Positions 1-9,683 are shown, counted from the first letter of the stretch. The stretch: 42,239 nt of DNA from Candidatus Woesearchaeota archaeon (GCA_049700835.1 JBNAUL010000003.1:73775-116013); one strand, 5' to 3'. Notes: generated from the sequence alone by a model not told the origin. Program-made: numbers and translations.

Positions 1-413
1 GCATACTTGTAATCAGCATATTTTTTTAAATATTCTTTGCACTTAAAACCATTTAAGTCCTTGCAGTCATACAATACAAAGCAAGGAACTTTGTCCTCGC
101 AACTTAGTATTGCTCCGTAATCAAGAATTCCATTGTAAAGCCCGTCTCCATTCCAATCAATCTTTTCTGTTTTAGAGCAGAACTCTACTATGCTGTTGAT
201 AGAGTTTCCTGATTCATAATCACTCAACTCGCAAACCTGCATGCACTCTCTCTTTGCATTCTCAATTTCTTGCAGGTTTGTACTCCCAGGATTTGGTTTT
301 GGAATTATTATTGTTTTGTAAAACACAGCAAGGAGTATTCCGCTTACTATTACTAACACAACTATGGTAAATATGATTCCAATGGTCATTTCCATTCCTT
401 TTTTTGATTTCAT
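1..413 (-). CDS. Pilin-like protein with class III signal peptide (3' end runs off the window); paralog of 451..1026
   Basis: Not in the ORF track. Hand translation from ATG at 413 (AGGTGA SD upstream): MKSKKG/MEMTIGIIFTIVLVIVSGILLAVFYK...IVEFCSKTEKIDWNGDG...SCEDKVPCFVL...NGFKCKEYL, open to position 1. Basic leader ending KKG followed by a hydrophobic helix. Confidence 0.75.
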   Translation of the reverse strand, partial: MKSKKGMEMTIGIIFTIVVLVIVSGILLAVFYKTIIIPKPNPGSTNLQEIENAKRECMQVCELSDYESGNSINSIVEFCSKTEKIDWNGDGLYNGILDYGAILSCEDKVPCFVLYDCKDLNGFKCKEYLKKYADYKY

Positions 414-450
414 CGTTTCACCTTTGTTAAATCTTATTGAGTTTCAACTT

Positions 451-1026
451 TTATTGACTTTTTCCTTCTTTATAATAACCGTACCTTACAACCCAGTTTG
501 GCGAGTTTGGATAATCTTTTGGATCATTTGGAACAGGCAAATCGCAATCCCCATCAGGAGTATCATACATTAACTTTTCAAGCGAGTCAGGCCTGTGTTG
601 GCTTAAGATTTTCTTGCAAATCGCACCATTGTATTTATTTTCTTCTTCCTCAGAAATTAATAAGAAGCATGGTATTTTGTCTTGGCAAAAAATATATCTC
701 CCCTTATCATATTTTTCTCCTAAAGTGTTTTTATTTCCATCAAAATCTATCTGCACATATGATTTGCAGAAATCTATTATGCCGTCAATGTTTTTTGCGC
801 TATCCAATTTTGTTTTACACTTGTCTATTGCCTCATCAACTTTATTCTGAGCGAACCAATCTTCTTGAACCTTTGTCATTGTTCCTGTTCCACTCCTTGT
901 GAACCGAAAAAACAAACTCAAAACAACCAACGATATTATTAAGAGAACAAATAATCCAAAAATCATTTGCAAGGACTTATCATCGCCTTTTTTATTTTTT
1001 ATTAATCCTAAAAAGAATTTTTTCAT
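451..1026 (-). CDS. Pilin-like membrane-anchored Cys-containing protein
   Basis: Basic leader ending NKKG, one hydrophobic helix, GAGGT SD; Cys pattern FC..ID.DG..CQDKIPCFLL..NGAICK shared with 1..413. Confidence 0.7.
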   Translation of the reverse strand: MKKFFLGLIKNKKGDDKSLQMIFGLFVLLIISLVVLSLFFRFTRSGTGTMTKVQEDWFAQNKVDEAIDKCKTKLDSAKNIDGIIDFCKSYVQIDFDGNKNTLGEKYDKGRYIFCQDKIPCFLLISEEEENKYNGAICKKILSQHRPDSLEKLMYDTPDGDCDLPVPNDPKDYPNSPNWVVRYGYYKEGKSQ

Positions 1027-1323
1027 AACACATACCTCTTTTTCCAGGGCTTGCTAGTTTTTTAAGCATTTGTTTTTTATTTGTTGTTAATTATCCTTAA
1101 CTATTCTTTTATCAATATTTAAATTTTTCTTTTTTTTGATTTAATATTTTATTAAAAATTTATAGGAAAGCATATAGTTTTTTCTTAAATAATTGTTTGA
1201 TTGCTATGATTTTATGCTAAACATTTCTACACTCTTTTAATTCATAAATTTTGTGCAAAAATAAAAAACAAGGATTTATAAAATAATCAAACCTATTATA
1301 AACTATTTTCACGCTTAAATACA

Positions 1324-2094
1324 TTATTTATAATAAATCCAATCATGTGTCGAATATTTTTCCTTATAAATTTCTTCTGCAAGAGTCAGCTCTTCCTTTG
1401 TTAGCTCCTCTTTCTCTAAATCTGTTTTGAAGATTTTAGGAAAACTCTCTATTAATGACTTCTCAACATCTTTCTGCTCAATCCTGTTCTTTGTTTTTTC
1501 ATCTAATGAAGTTAGTCCTTTGTCTAATAATCTTGTGTTTATAAGAAACTTCTTGATTTCTTCCTTATTTAATGATATTAAAATGCTGAAGTTGAATAGA
1601 ACAACTCCTTTTTTCCTGAATTGAACTATTAATGCAATTCTCATTTTGTTGACCAGAACTTCATTCAGGGGTTTGAATTCTGCTTTTATATTATAATTTT
1701 CCAAGGTCTTTGAGATTAAACTGAAAATCCTTTCGTAAGAGCCTATTAGGTCAAGGGGAATGTTAATGTTAGAATCATTGACTATTAAAGAGCAGTTGAT
1801 TTCAGAGTTTGGTTCTTTGTAGAATGTATCTGCATTGTTTAATGTTCTACAAACATCAACATTGAATCTTTTGCAATTTTCAATATTTATCTCTTCATTT
1901 ATCCTCTTAAAAAATCCAAAAACAACTGCTGGTTTTTTGAAATAATTTATTCTCAATGTTGGTTTTATCTTTTCTTGTTCTAACAAATGCATTTGGCATT
2001 CATCCAATGCCAACTGCTCAAGAAAAGAGTTTGTTTTTGAAACAATCAACCTGAATTTTTCTTCTTTTGAATCGCTTATCTGCTCTTCAGCCAT
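1324..2094 (-). CDS. Lipoate-protein ligase A (BPL/LplA fold), apparently with degenerate catalytic motifs
   Basis: LplA-like scaffold (QLALDE, PTLRIN..PAVVFG, EEINIENC, LTKEELTLAEEIYKEKYSTHDW) near gcvH; RRxxGGGAVYHD, KKIxG and HGT motifs are not conserved. Confidence 0.75.
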   Translation of the reverse strand: MAEEQISDSKEEKFRLIVSKTNSFLEQLALDECQMHLLEQEKIKPTLRINYFKKPAVVFGFFKRINEEINIENCKRFNVDVCRTLNNADTFYKEPNSEINCSLIVNDSNINIPLDLIGSYERIFSLISKTLENYNIKAEFKPLNEVLVNKMRIALIVQFRKKGVVLFNFSILISLNKEEIKKFLINTRLLDKGLTSLDEKTKNRIEQKDVEKSLIESFPKIFKTDLEKEELTKEELTLAEEIYKEKYSTHDWIYYK

Positions 2095-3426
2095 TTAACT
2101 GCCCTTTTTTGAGGTTATCTTTTTTAAGCAGTATTTTGCAGCAATTGATAACGGTTCTATCGCAGGGCTTGTCAATGGGGAATAAGCATTTTCAAAGTAT
2201 ATCAAATCCTTTAATCCTGAATCTCTTTTTATTGCCAAAGCAACAATATCTGCTCTCAAAGCAACATCCTCTTTGCTTATTATTTGAGCGCCTATTATTT
2301 TTTCATCGTAATCGCTTATTATTTTTACAGCGATTTCCTCTCCATTATAATATGGTTCCTTTGTCCTTGACCATATTAATGCAGATTCAAACTTGATTTT
2401 ATTTCTCTCTGCTTCATCTTCTGTTATCCCTACAGAAGCAATTTCCATTCCAAAAATCTTTGTTATAGAATTTATTATTTTTGGTTCAAAAATTATTTTT
2501 TTATCAGAAAGAGCATTGCTTGCTGCAATTTCAGATGTTTTCAATGCAATGTTTGCAAGCTGCATTGGCATTGTTTTCCCAGTTATTTTGTTTTTTATTT
2601 CAATGCAATCTCCACAGGCATAGACATCCTTTTCAGAGGTTTCAAGTTTTTCATCAACTATTATTCCAATGTTTGTTTTTATGTTTGTTTTTTTTACGAT
2701 GTTAATGTTTGGCACAACTCCTGCTGCAAGTATGAGCATATCAAAATCATAAACTCCTTTGTTGGTGAATAATCTTCCCTGCTCAACTCTAAGTATTTTT
2801 TCATTCAATTTAACCTCAACACAGTTTCTTTGCATTTCTTCAAGAATGATCTTTGACATATCGTCATCAAGCATTTGAGGCAGCACCCTGTTTTTCAATT
2901 CAATTATTTTTACCTCTAATTTTTTCTTGACAAGCGCTTCTGCGATTTCTAATCCAATGAAACCTGCGCCGATTATAAGAACTTTTCTCTTGCTGTTTTT
3001 AAGCATGAATTCAATTCTCTTTTCCAATGCTTCAAAATCCTCAAGGGTTTTAAGAGTTAGAAAATTGACATCCTTTAAACCTTCTATTTCAGGAACAAAA
3101 GCCCTGCTGCCACTGGCTATTATTAATTTATCGTACGTAATTTTTTCATTATTGTCTAATATAATGCTCTTTTCTTTTGTTCTCAATTCTTTTATTTCCC
3201 TTCCTAAAACAACCTTTATTTTGAGCTCTTCTAAGAACTCCTGCTTAAACTCAAAAATCTTTTCCTTCTTTATTTCTCCAGACAAAACATAAGGAAGAGC
3301 ACAAGGAGAATAACCTATGTTTTTTCTATTTTCTACTAATACGACTTCTGCATTTGGATTTATTTTTTTTGCTTGTACTGCAGCGTTTATTCCGCTAACT
3401 CCTGCTCCTAGGATTACTAATTTCAT
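2095..3426 (-). CDS. FAD-dependent pyridine nucleotide-disulfide oxidoreductase (CoA-disulfide reductase/NADH oxidase family)
   Basis: GAGVSG FAD motif, single redox Cys in YSPCALPY, IIGAGFIGLE NAD(P)H motif, VYACGDC, C-terminal AYSP. Confidence 0.9.
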   Translation of the reverse strand: MKLVILGAGVSGINAAVQAKKINPNAEVVLVENRKNIGYSPCALPYVLSGEIKKEKIFEFKQEFLEELKIKVVLGREIKELRTKEKSIILDNNEKITYDKLIIASGSRAFVPEIEGLKDVNFLTLKTLEDFEALEKRIEFMLKNSKRKVLIIGAGFIGLEIAEALVKKKLEVKIIELKNRVLPQMLDDDMSKIILEEMQRNCVEVKLNEKILRVEQGRLFTNKGVYDFDMLILAAGVVPNINIVKKTNIKTNIGIIVDEKLETSEKDVYACGDCIEIKNKITGKTMPMQLANIALKTSEIAASNALSDKKIIFEPKIINSITKIFGMEIASVGITEDEAERNKIKFESALIWSRTKEPYYNGEEIAVKIISDYDEKIIGAQIISKEDVALRADIVALAIKRDSGLKDLIYFENAYSPLTSPAIEPLSIAAKYCLKKITSKKGS

Positions 3427-3442
3427 AATTGAATTTTTTTGT

Positions 3443-3784
3443 TTAATCTATTTGTTTTTCTTTATTTTTTTTTATTTGGTCAATTGCTTCCTTTACAAGC
3501 TGCATGTACATTAAACTTGGGCCTCCTCCCATCATAACAGCAACCCAGCATGCTTCGAGCATTTCTTCTTCTTTTAGCCCTAAGTCCAAGCAATTCTTGA
3601 CATGGAATGCTATGCAGTACTTGCATTGAGATTTAACAGCAAGAGCCAAAGCAATCAACTCCTTTGTTTTTTTATCCAAAGCTCCATCTTCTAATGTTTG
3701 TCCGATAAAATTGTGGAACAGAGCAAGGTCTTTTGGATTTTTGCTTCCAATGTATTCTAAATTCTTATTTATTTTATTTAGCAT
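3443..3784 (-). CDS. AhpD/carboxymuconolactone decarboxylase family protein
   Basis: GALDKKTKELIALALAV..QCKYCIAFH and MGGGP motifs. Confidence 0.9.
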   Translation of the reverse strand: MLNKINKNLEYIGSKNPKDLALFHNFIGQTLEDGALDKKTKELIALALAVKSQCKYCIAFHVKNCLDLGLKEEEMLEACWVAVMMGGGPSLMYMQLVKEAIDQIKKNKEKQID

Positions 3785-3860
3785 TTTATTAAAGTCCTCA
3801 GCTATTTTCTCACCTTTTTTATTTTTTTATTTTTTTATTTTTATTTGAATATTTTGTCCT

Positions 3861-4265
3861 TTATTTTTCTTTCTTTTTTATTGTTTCTATTACTTGCTCT
3901 GCACTCTTTAAATCATTTAATTCATTTTTATCTTTTAATTTCACTTTCATAATCCATCCCAGTCCATAAGGATCCTTATTTATTAACTCTGGATTATCAA
4001 AAACCTTTCCATTAACATCCACTATTTTTCCGCTTACAGGGCTCTTTAAGCTTCCAGTCCATTTTATTGCTTCCAAGGTTACATAATTCTCTCCTCTTTT
4101 TATCTCTTTGTTCTTTTCTGGCAAATCAACAAATACAAATTGCTTCACCATTTTTGCGCCATAATCATTTACTCCAATGACTGCAACATCATTTTCCAAC
4201 CTAACCCAAGAATAATCTTCATTGTATTTTAATGATTCTGGAAATTCAAATTCTCTAAACTTCAT
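3861..4265 (-). CDS. gcvH: Glycine cleavage H-like lipoyl carrier protein
   Basis: WVR..VIGVNDYG..FVDLP, LEAIKW with the lipoyl Lys, SPVSGKIVDVN, PELINKDPYGLGWI. Confidence 0.9.
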   Translation of the reverse strand: MKFREFEFPESLKYNEDYSWVRLENDVAVIGVNDYGAKMVKQFVFVDLPEKNKEIKRGENYVTLEAIKWTGSLKSPVSGKIVDVNGKVFDNPELINKDPYGLGWIMKVKLKDKNELNDLKSAEQVIETIKKKEK

Positions 4266-4283
4266 GCTCTCTCGCCTCCTGAT

Positions 4284-5633
4284 TCAAGCTCCAAAAGATA
4301 GCAAGCTTGGTTTTAAAAGCATTATCAGCGCTAATGCAATCATCACTATTCCGCTAATGAATTTAAGTATTCTTCCTGTTCTTTCGCTTATCTTTGTGGC
4401 TCCAAGAGTTATAACAAAAATTAAAACTATGAGCAACAAAGGAATAACATAAAATATGTTGTATAAAACAAGATATAAATAATAAACGATTTTTGGAAGT
4501 TGTTTCAATGTTAGAATATTAGTATAAACTGCTGGAAAACCTGCTGTGCAAGCAAGTTCTATGAAATTAACAGAAACAGCAAGTATTATTGTCTGTAATA
4601 TTAATAGTAAAGTTATTCCTTCCTCTTTGACTGTTTTTACAATGCTCCTCATCTTTTCAATGAGTTTTGGTTTTTTGGAATCGTCTATTGTTAGTGAAAT
4701 TCCTTTTTTGTAGAAAAATGCATCTTTGACATTTACTATTCCTGCAAAGAGTGCTAACAATACAATAATAATTCTTACAAATTTTTGATATCTTAGGACC
4801 AAAAATAAGTTTAACCATGCTGCCATGAACATGAAATAAACAACTCCGGAAGCAATAACAAATATTAATCCAACAATAAGCATCTTCTTCCTTGATTTTG
4901 AATAAATTAATAAAGATAATAAAAAAGTCAATACCCAAAGAGCACAGGGGTTAAAACTGTCAAGTCCTGCAATAATTATTGTAAATATTGGCAACGATAT
5001 GCTTGAAATTTTAAAATCTCCAAGAACAGGTATTGTAACTATCTTTTCTGAACTGAGATTTTCTGATGTTTTTGTTTCGTTTGGCTTGCTGCATTCAAAG
5101 AAATTAAATTTTTTTTTGTCATAAGAATATATTGGAGCAATGTTTATGCTTATTTTTTGATTATAAGATTTTTCAACATTTGACAATGCATCTTCATAAG
5201 CATTGCAGTTAGTTGTGTATTCTTCAACAACATTCTTTATTTTTAATGCTATGCTGTCATTTTCCTTAACAAATCCAGAAATAAATTTATCACCAATAAA
5301 GGTGTTTGGAACTCCTTTTGGCTTTTGATTGTAAGCATTGCAGAATTTTTCCCATAAGTCATAGTTTTCTTGTTGAGTTACCTCAAAATAATAAACATTT
5401 ATTGGATATTCCTTGCTTAGTTTTTCCAAGTATGGTTTCTCAGCAGCACAATGTGGGCAATTGTAAGCTCCAAACATATAAACATTTATTTCCCTTGAAA
5501 AACTCTTATTGCTTGCAAAAACAGAGAGAGAATTGAGTAACATCATTAGCGTTAAAACAAAAACCATTGTTAAACTAAATAGTCCTATTATTTGCCTTTT
5601 TGTTTTTCCTTTCTTATTTTTTATATTAAACAT
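4284..5633 (-). CDS. Glutaredoxin/thioredoxin domain fused to a CcdA/DsbD-like transmembrane thiol-disulfide domain
   Basis: Signal/TM segment, CPHC redox motif with GVP cis-Pro loop, then multi-TM domain with DSFNPCA and ELACTAGFP membrane cysteines. ATG 5633 chosen as start. Confidence 0.8.
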   Translation of the reverse strand: MFNIKNKKGKTKRQIIGLFSLTMVFVLTLMMLLNSLSVFASNKSFSREINVYMFGAYNCPHCAAEKPYLEKLSKEYPINVYYFEVTQQENYDLWEKFCNAYNQKPKGVPNTFIGDKFISGFVKENDSIALKIKNVVEEYTTNCNAYEDALSNVEKSYNQKISINIAPIYSYDKKKFNFFECSKPNETKTSENLSSEKIVTIPVLGDFKISSISLPIFTIIIAGLDSFNPCALWVLTFLLSLLIYSKSRKKMLIVGLIFVIASGVVYFMFMAAWLNLFLVLRYQKFVRIIIVLLALFAGIVNVKDAFFYKKGISLTIDDSKKPKLIEKMRSIVKTVKEEGITLLLILQTIILAVSVNFIELACTAGFPAVYTNILTLKQLPKIVYYLYLVLYNIFYVIPLLLIVLIFVITLGATKISERTGRILKFISGIVMIALALIMLLKPSLLSFGA

Positions 5634-5685
5634 AATGACTACCAGCAATTTTTATTTTTTTATTTTTGAATAGTGTATTCGTTAT

Positions 5686-5736
5686 CATTTCAAAAGTTGA
5701 AACAGAATATAAATCTTTGTTTCAAAAATTGAAACA
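5686..5736. promoter_or_regulatory. Minus-strand promoter (TATA) flanked by two palindromic operator-like sites
   Basis: CATTTCAA-AAG-TTGAAACA (5686-5704) and perfect TGTTTCAA-AAA-TTGAAACA (5718-5736) flank the minus-strand TTTATAT. Confidence 0.75.
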
Positions 5737-5749
5737 TGCTTTAATTCCT

Positions 5750-6262
5750 TTATTTAACAAAATCCAGAAATTCATCTGAAAGATAAAGAATATTTTTTCC
5801 ATTTTTTCTTTCAACTCTTAAAACGTTTTTTTGAACAAGCTTTTTAATTGTTCTTGTAATTTTAACCCTGCTCAAATCAGTGTTCTTATTTAGTTCTGAC
5901 TGTTTTAGAATTCCACTATTTTTTATAAGTTCGTTAAGTACTATTCTCTCATCATGTTCAGCCAATTTCAGAAAAGCAGCGATTTCATTTTTGTTAGTTT
6001 TACCATTCTTTATTTCTTTTTCTTCTTGGTTTATATTCTTGTTTTTATACAAGGATGTAAACAATACTACAGAAGCCCCTAAAAATATTCCAAGGACAAC
6101 TAAACCTATGAGAACCAATTGAACAGGAGTTTTGCAGCTGCAGCTGCTTATTGTATAATTTTGTTGTATATAATAAAAAAGGTATATTAAAATTCCAATA
6201 AAAACAGCAAACATTCCTGTTAAAAAAAATATTTCTTTCAACTCCTTGAAAAATTTGCTCAT
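5750..6262 (-). CDS. Membrane-anchored winged-helix (MarR-like) transcriptional regulator
   Basis: Two N-terminal TM helices with a CSC loop; C-terminal wHTH (ERIVLNEL..G.LKQSEL..LSRVKITRTIKKL..VERKNGKN). Confidence 0.75.
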   Translation of the reverse strand: MSKFFKELKEIFFLTGMFAVFIGILIYLFYYIQQNYTISSCSCKTPVQLVLIGLVVLGIFLGASVVLFTSLYKNKNINQEEKEIKNGKTNKNEIAAFLKLAEHDERIVLNELIKNSGILKQSELNKNTDLSRVKITRTIKKLVQKNVLRVERKNGKNILYLSDEFLDFVK

Positions 6263-6390
6263 AAGTTAAAAGTGTTTAAGCTATTATAAAAATCTTTTTA
6301 ATTTTTAGTTAGCTTTATAAATAACTTATAACTCCTTAATAATTCGGTTGCAAAAACCAAAAATCAAAAACAAATTTAAAGGTGTTTATC

Positions 6391-6819
6391 ATGATAGCAG
6401 TTATAAACTTTACAAAGATTTGTGCTGAAAAAAAATCAGTTAAAATACAAAAATTAAACATAAACAACAACATAAAAATTTTATCTGTTGAAGAAGCAGA
6501 AATTGAAGTAAAGCCGGGAAATTCTGCCCTCAAAATAGGATTTGAATTTGAATCTAATTATGAACCTGAAATAGCAAATTTGAAAATAACAGGAGAAGCG
6601 ATTGATATTGAGGATAAAAAGAATGCAAAAACAATTCTAAATGATTGGTCCAAAAACAAGAGAATTCCTGAGACTTTTTTAACAGACATCATGAATGTTA
6701 TATTGAGCAAGTGCAATGTGGAAGCAATACTGCTTAGCAAGGAACTAAATTTACCCCCTCCATTGCCGATGCCAAAAGTAGGGGTGAAGAAAAATCAAGA
6801 GAACAATTACATAGGATAG
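6391..6819 (+). CDS. Conserved archaeal hypothetical protein (possibly SecB-like fold)
   Basis: AGGTG SD before ATG 6391; beta-strand-rich N-half, helices and C-terminal LNLPPPLPMP resembling SecB-like proteins. Confidence 0.65.
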   Translation: MIAVINFTKICAEKKSVKIQKLNINNNIKILSVEEAEIEVKPGNSALKIGFEFESNYEPEIANLKITGEAIDIEDKKNAKTILNDWSKNKRIPETFLTDIMNVILSKCNVEAILLSKELNLPPPLPMPKVGVKKNQENNYIG

Positions 6820-7017
6820 TTCCTCAACTTCTTGATTTTACTTCTTGCTTTTTATTATTTATTTATTTTTTGTTATTTACTTATTTTTTATTTTGTTTGA
6901 ATTTTAGTGACAAGGAACGCACAGAACCTTTTTATTAGAAATCTTTTTATATTGGTTATATAACTTCTCAAATGAAACAAGATTGCTCTTATTTTATATT
7001 CAACGAGGTGGTTTTTT

Positions 7018-9324
7018 ATGAGCGAAGAATCAAACGACAGCAAGGAAAATAACAATATTTCAATAAAGCTAAAGGTTGCAGAAGCAGTTCAGGATGATGT
7101 CAATAAAGGCATAGTAAGGATTGACTCTCCGTCAATGAAAAAATTAGGAGTTAGGGAAGGAGAGGTTGTAGAAATAAAGGGAGCTCGTGAAACAGCAGCC
7201 ATTGTAGGAAGGGCCTATCCAGGAGACATGAATTTGAACATAATAAGGATGGATGGAATTACAAGGAGAAATGCAGGAACAAGCACAGGAGAAATAGTTA
7301 CAGTAAAAAAAGCAGATGCCAAGGAAGCAAAGAAGGTTTACATAGCCCCTGCAAAAAAAGGAATTTTTGTAAAGGCATCCCCTGAAATATTCAAGCAGAG
7401 CTTGCTGGGAAGGACTGTTGTCAAGGGCGATATAATTGCTCTTGGAGGAACAAGAAACAGAAGGCCTATAATGAGCGAGGCAAATTATTTTGAAGATGTT
7501 TTTTCAATGTTTGATGAACATCTTTCAGCAAGCCCATTTGGTTTTTCTGATTTAAAATTCATTATCGTAGATGTAATTCCAAAGAAGATAGGAATAATAA
7601 CAGATCTTACAGAAATTGTTCTAAGACCAGAGGCAGTTGAAGTTGCAGAGGAGAGATTGCCTGATGTAACCTATGAGGACATCGGCGGATTAACAGACGA
7701 GGTAAAAAAGGTTAGGGAGATGATAGAACTTCCGTTAAAGCATCCTGAGATATTTGAAAGATTGGGCATAGAACCTCCTAAGGGCGTTTTGTTGCACGGG
7801 CCTCCTGGAACAGGAAAGACCTTGCTTGCAAAGGCAGTTGCCAATGAAACAAATGCTCATTTCATTCTAATAAACGGGCCTGAAATCATGAGCAAGTATT
7901 ATGGCCAAAGCGAGGAAAACCTAAGAAAGAAATTTGAGGAAGCTGAGAAAAACGCTCCTTCAATAATATTTATTGATGAGATTGATGCGATTGCCTCAAA
8001 GAGAGAGGAAAGCAAAGGAGATGTTGAGAGAAGGGTGGTAGCGCAACTGCTTGCTCTGATGGACGGTTTGAAATCAAGAGGAAAGGTTATTGTAATTGCA
8101 GCAACAAATGTTCCAAATCTATTGGATCCTGCATTGAGAAGGCCTGGAAGGTTCGACAGAGAGATAGAAATCAAAGTTCCTGACAAGAACGGCAGATTAG
8201 AAATCCTGAAAATACACACGAGAAATATGCCGCTTGCAAAGGATGTTGATCTTCAAGAGATAGCAGCAGTAACTCATGGTTTTGTTGGAGCGGATTTAGC
8301 AGCGCTTGCAAAAGAAGCTGCGATGATTGTTCTAAGAAGGGTTCTCCCTGATTTGAAAACAAAAGAGAACGAACCGCTTTCAGAGGAAATTTTAGAAAAA
8401 TTAGTTATTACAAAGAACGATTTTAAGGAAGCATTGAAGAGCGTAAGGCCAAGTGCTATGAGAGAGGTTCTTGTTGAGGTTCCTAATATAAAATGGAATG
8501 ATGTAGGTGGCTTGGAATCTGTAAAGCAGGAATTGAAAGAAGCAGTTGAATGGCCTCTTAAAAATCCTGAAGCATTTTCAAGAATGGGCATAAGGCCTCC
8601 CAAAGGAATACTTCTTTATGGTCCTCCTGGAACAGGAAAGACCTTGCTTGCAAAGGCAGTTGCCAATGAATCAGAAGCAAATTTTATCAGCGTAAAAGGG
8701 CCAGAGTTATTGTCAAAATGGGTTGGAGAATCAGAAAAAGCAGTAAGGGAAGTGTTTAAGAAGGCAAGGCAGAATGCTCCGACAGTTGTTTTTTTGGACG
8801 AGATTGACTCGATAGCCCCAAAGAGGGGCTTGAGCGCTGACTCTCATGTTACAGATAGGGTTTTAAATCAGTTGCTCACAGAGATTGATGGTTTGGAGGA
8901 ATTAAATGATGTTGTTGTTATCGCAGCAACCAATAGGCCTGATATTCTTGATGATGCATTACTAAGGCCAGGAAGGTTTGACAGAATAATCTTTATTCCA
9001 ATACCTGATGAAAAGGCAAGATTGGAAATCTTTAAGATACACACTTCAAGGATGCCTTTAAAAGGAGTTGATATTGAGGAATTAGCTAAGAAAACAGAAG
9101 GTTACACTGGCTCTGACATAGAAGCTGTGTGCAGAGAAGCAGCAATGCTTGCCCTAAGAAAGAACATAAAGACAAAGGAAGTTACAAAGAAGGACTTTGA
9201 AGAAGCATTGAAGGTTGTCACTCCTTCTGTTTCAAAAGAAGTTGAAAAGAGATACAAGGATTTCAAACAAGTGCTTAGGAAGGTCAGGGTGCCTAGTGAG
9301 GAAAAACCAGGATACTTTGGTTAA
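7018..9324 (+). CDS. cdc48: CDC48/VAT family AAA+ ATPase
   Basis: N-domain plus two AAA modules (GPPGTGKT twice, [23 protein letters not shown] twice); GAGGTG SD. Confidence 0.97.
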   Translation: MSEESNDSKENNNISIKLKVAEAVQDDVNKGIVRIDSPSMKKLGVREGEVVEIKGARETAAIVGRAYPGDMNLNIIRMDGITRRNAGTSTGEIVTVKKADAKEAKKVYIAPAKKGIFVKASPEIFKQSLLGRTVVKGDIIALGGTRNRRPIMSEANYFEDVFSMFDEHLSASPFGFSDLKFIIVDVIPKKIGIITDLTEIVLRPEAVEVAEERLPDVTYEDIGGLTDEVKKVREMIELPLKHPEIFERLGIEPPKGVLLHGPPGTGKTLLAKAVANETNAHFILINGPEIMSKYYGQSEENLRKKFEEAEKNAPSIIFIDEIDAIASKREESKGDVERRVVAQLLALMDGLKSRGKVIVIAATNVPNLLDPALRRPGRFDREIEIKVPDKNGRLEILKIHTRNMPLAKDVDLQEIAAVTHGFVGADLAALAKEAAMIVLRRVLPDLKTKENEPLSEEILEKLVITKNDFKEALKSVRPSAMREVLVEVPNIKWNDVGGLESVKQELKEAVEWPLKNPEAFSRMGIRPPKGILLYGPPGTGKTLLAKAVANESEANFISVKGPELLSKWVGESEKAVREVFKKARQNAPTVVFLDEIDSIAPKRGLSADSHVTDRVLNQLLTEIDGLEELNDVVVIAATNRPDILDDALLRPGRFDRIIFIPIPDEKARLEIFKIHTSRMPLKGVDIEELAKKTEGYTGSDIEAVCREAAMLALRKNIKTKEVTKKDFEEALKVVTPSVSKEVEKRYKDFKQVLRKVRVPSEEKPGYFG
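7801..8670 (+). repeat. 48-nt perfect direct repeat inside cdc48 (7801-7848 and 8623-8670)
   Basis: CCTCCTGGAACAGGAAAGACCTTGCTTGCAAAGGCAGTTGCCAATGAA is present twice. Confidence 0.95.
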
Positions 9325-9683
9325 AACTATTAAGAAATAAGAAAGAAATAAGATTAAGAAATAAAAGCGAGCAGAATACAAAAAGCAAAAGGAGCGCGAA
9401 ATAATACAAAACAATAAAATAAACAAAATAAAGTTAAATAAAGTAAAAAGTAAATAAGAATAATATGGGTAAAACATTAGCATAAAATTAGCAAAGCAAA
9501 TGCTAAATGACTCTAATTTAAATTAATAAGAATGCAAAATAACAAAGAACAATTAACAACAATAAAATAACAACAATAAAAGCAGATAGAAAAAAAGAAC
9601 AGAAAAAAATAAACCAAAGAATTAAATAAAAATAAAATAGTAAATAATAAAATAGTAAATAAGCGGTTTATTATTTTTGACTT

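Noticed and set aside
9232..9483. 83-aa hydrophobic minus-strand ORF
   Set aside because: Product of the T-rich strand of the A-rich spacer; overlaps the cdc48 3' end.
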